A stretch of 64,000 nt of DNA from Eubacteriales bacterium (lineage in GTDB: Bacteria > Bacillota > Clostridia > Oscillospirales > CAG-382), in assembly GCA_045636285.1 (NCBI GenBank), contig JAZTXJ010000093.1, forward strand, positions 1,127 to 65,126, read 5' to 3'. The notes under the pieces were generated by a model, which was not told where the DNA came from, searched no databases, and saw only the letters and a list, made by a program, of their open reading frames with translations. Below are positions 62,343-64,000 of this stretch, in pieces (the stretch's first letter is position 1; every line of letters starts with the position of its first letter). The translations under genes and the position numbers were made by a program.

Positions 62343-63361
62343 TAGTCAAAGCTCCTTTCATTCAATGCCGCGGCAAGATCCGCCACAGCCTGCATATCGT
62401 TAAGAGAAAGTACGTTTGATTGGGAATGTATATATCTTGCGGGTGCGCTTATCGCCAAAACTCTTGCACCCGATGCGGCACGCTGGTATACACCTGCTTC
62501 ATTACCGCCCGCAACAACGTTTTTGTACTGCCATTTGATATTCTTTTCGTCAGCAACCTCAGCCGCAAGCAATACGAGGTCCTTATCGTAAATAGTGCTT
62601 CTGTCCATAATCGAAAGCACTGCACCGTTTCCGATAGAGCATGCACATTTCGACTTCGGTACACCCAAAATATCGCCTGCCGTAGTTGCTTCGAGAGCGA
62701 TTACGATATCGGGACGCAAGCGGTTAGCAACCTCTTTTGCACCGTCGCATCCGACTTCTTCGCAGGTGTTGAATGCGAAATAGGTATCGTATTCAAGCTC
62801 GCTGTTTATCATTGCAACCAATGCCGCACAGCCGAATCGGTCGTCAAGCGCCTTCGAACGAACAAGACCGTTACCGAACTCTTCGTAATTGGGCTCGAAG
62901 GTGCAGCAATCTCCGACGCTGATATACTTCTTTGCCATTTCGCGGTTGTCAACACCGATATCGATGTGCATTTCGCTTATAGGCTCGCATTTGCCGCGTT
63001 CCTCGGGCGTTTGCATATGTACCGCTTTGGACGCAACCACGCCGTTAATACCGCTTTCGCAGAAAACAAGTCTTTTTCCGCTTACAACGCGACGGTCAAC
63101 ACCGCCGATCGCATCGAACCAAAGGTAGCCCTCTTCATCGATATACTTGACCATAAAGCCGACTTCATCGGTATGTGCGGAAAAAAGAACCTTTTTGCTT
63201 CTTCTGTTCTTGCCCTTTTTGAAAACGATAAGGTTTCCCATCGGGTCGGTTTCGTATTCGGCACCCGAATCCTTAATATCTTCGATAATTGCTTCGCGTA
63301 CAGCATCCTCCATTCCGGAAGGGCCGAGGATGTCGCAATACTTTTTGAGATATTTAATCAT
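62342..63361 (-). CDS. M42-family aminopeptidase, copy 2
   Basis: 'AHTDEVGFMV', 'SKALDDRFGC', 'NTCEEVGCDGA', 'YIHSQSN'. The stop overlaps the start of copy 1. Confidence 0.88.
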   Translation of the reverse strand: MIKYLKKYCDILGPSGMEDAVREAIIEDIKDSGAEYETDPMGNLIVFKKGKNRRSKKVLFSAHTDEVGFMVKYIDEEGYLWFDAIGGVDRRVVSGKRLVFCESGINGVVASKAVHMQTPEERGKCEPISEMHIDIGVDNREMAKKYISVGDCCTFEPNYEEFGNGLVRSKALDDRFGCAALVAMINSELEYDTYFAFNTCEEVGCDGAKEVANRLRPDIVIALEATTAGDILGVPKSKCACSIGNGAVLSIMDRSTIYDKDLVLLAAEVADEKNIKWQYKNVVAGGNEAGVYQRAASGARVLAISAPARYIHSQSNVLSLNDMQAVADLAAALNERSFD

Positions 63362-63375
63362 TGCATTATCCTCCT

Positions 63376-64000
63376 TTAAAGCGAGCGTATAACAGCCGCG
63401 ACAAAGCGCGAGGTGTTAAGCGCATCGTTCATATTTACAAGCTCGCTCATAGTGTGCATATTTTTGAGCGGGATCGATATAAGAAGTGTAGGAACACCGT
63501 TGCGTACGGTCTGCACCGCATTGGAGTTTGTACCCGTTCTTCCGGGAGCGGCGGAAATCTGATAAGGGATTTCTTCCTTATCGGCAACGCTCATTGCATA
63601 CTTGGTGAATGCACGGTTTGTTTGGGGAGAAAGACATACATCCCCGCCCTTGCCTGCTCTCACACCCTCACGCGTTTTGTGCGCGCCGGGTACGAATGCG
63701 TGGGTAACGTCGATAACGATTGCTTTATCGGGATTAAGCTGATAAGCGGCGGTCATTGCGCCCTTGTATCCGATTTCTTCTCCGCCGGAAAATTGGAATG
63801 CCACATCAACGTTCAATTCGCTCTTATCGAGCATCATAAGTGCTCGTACTATCGAAGCACCGCAAAGTCTGTCGTCGAATCCTGCTCCGGCAAGCGTATC
63901 GTTCAAAAGTCTTGTGAGCTTGCACGGAAATGCTACGGGTGTGCCGACACGAACTATTTCCTTGAGCTCGTCAAGCGAAAGACCGGTATCGATACAAAGA
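63376..64000 (-). CDS. M42-family aminopeptidase, copy 3, 5' end beyond the window
   Basis: 'AGFDDRLCG', 'SGGEEIGYKGA', 'NMHTMSE'. The reading frame stays open upstream of the listed TTG at 63906, all the way to nt 64000. Confidence 0.85.
   Translation of the reverse strand, partial: LCIDTGLSLDELKEIVRVGTPVAFPCKLTRLLNDTLAGAGFDDRLCGASIVRALMMLDKSELNVDVAFQFSGGEEIGYKGAMTAAYQLNPDKAIVIDVTHAFVPGAHKTREGVRAGKGGDVCLSPQTNRAFTKYAMSVADKEEIPYQISAAPGRTGTNSNAVQTVRNGVPTLLISIPLKNMHTMSELVNMNDALNTSRFVAAVIRSL

Noticed and set aside
60996-63379. Plus-strand ORFs of 449 and 319 aa opposite the MGL-family gene and the M42 peptidase genes.
   Set aside because: They are shadow ORFs. The minus-strand genes carry the PLP and M42 metal-binding motifs.

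Overview
This 64-kb chromosomal window looks like a Gram-positive, Clostridia-like Firmicute. The evidence is T-box leaders, a class B sortase, Fak/DegV genes, comEC-holA synteny and GGAGG-type ribosome-binding sites (RBS). I support about 58 protein genes, one tRNA-Leu(CAG), two T-box leaders, one cobalamin riboswitch, and several near-consensus sigma-70 promoters and intrinsic terminators. I saw no rRNA, CRISPR array, transposase, integrase or prophage genes. Most of the content is housekeeping: typA, murC, rpmB, mtaB, holA, comEC, alaS, rpsB-tsf, ilvBN, trpB and three M42 peptidases. Many long ORFs in the supplied track are antisense shadows of real genes, or false N-terminal extensions that run through leader RNAs; I rejected or trimmed these.

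The most interesting locus is at 41.3-47.6 kb on the minus strand. A cobalamin riboswitch gates a tightly coupled six-gene ECF transporter operon. That operon also encodes two surface proteins with DUF4430 (transcobalamin beta-domain-like) modules. One of them is fused to an alpha/alpha-toroid domain through a membrane hairpin, which suggests an uncharacterised extracellular corrinoid-capture module for a Gram-positive ECF importer.

Other notable loci:
- A six-gene fatty-acid/lysolipid salvage string, whose hydrolase has a Cys nucleophile.
- A Trp-specific T-box driving a stand-alone trpB.
- A ferredoxin-thioredoxin-reductase-like mini-protein coupled to a thioredoxin-fold protein that lacks the CXXC motif.
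- An AGE epimerase paired with an anchored SGNH esterase that carries a duplicated unknown domain.
- Two paralogous XRE-TPR regulators.

All functional calls come from motif recognition by eye. No database search was run.
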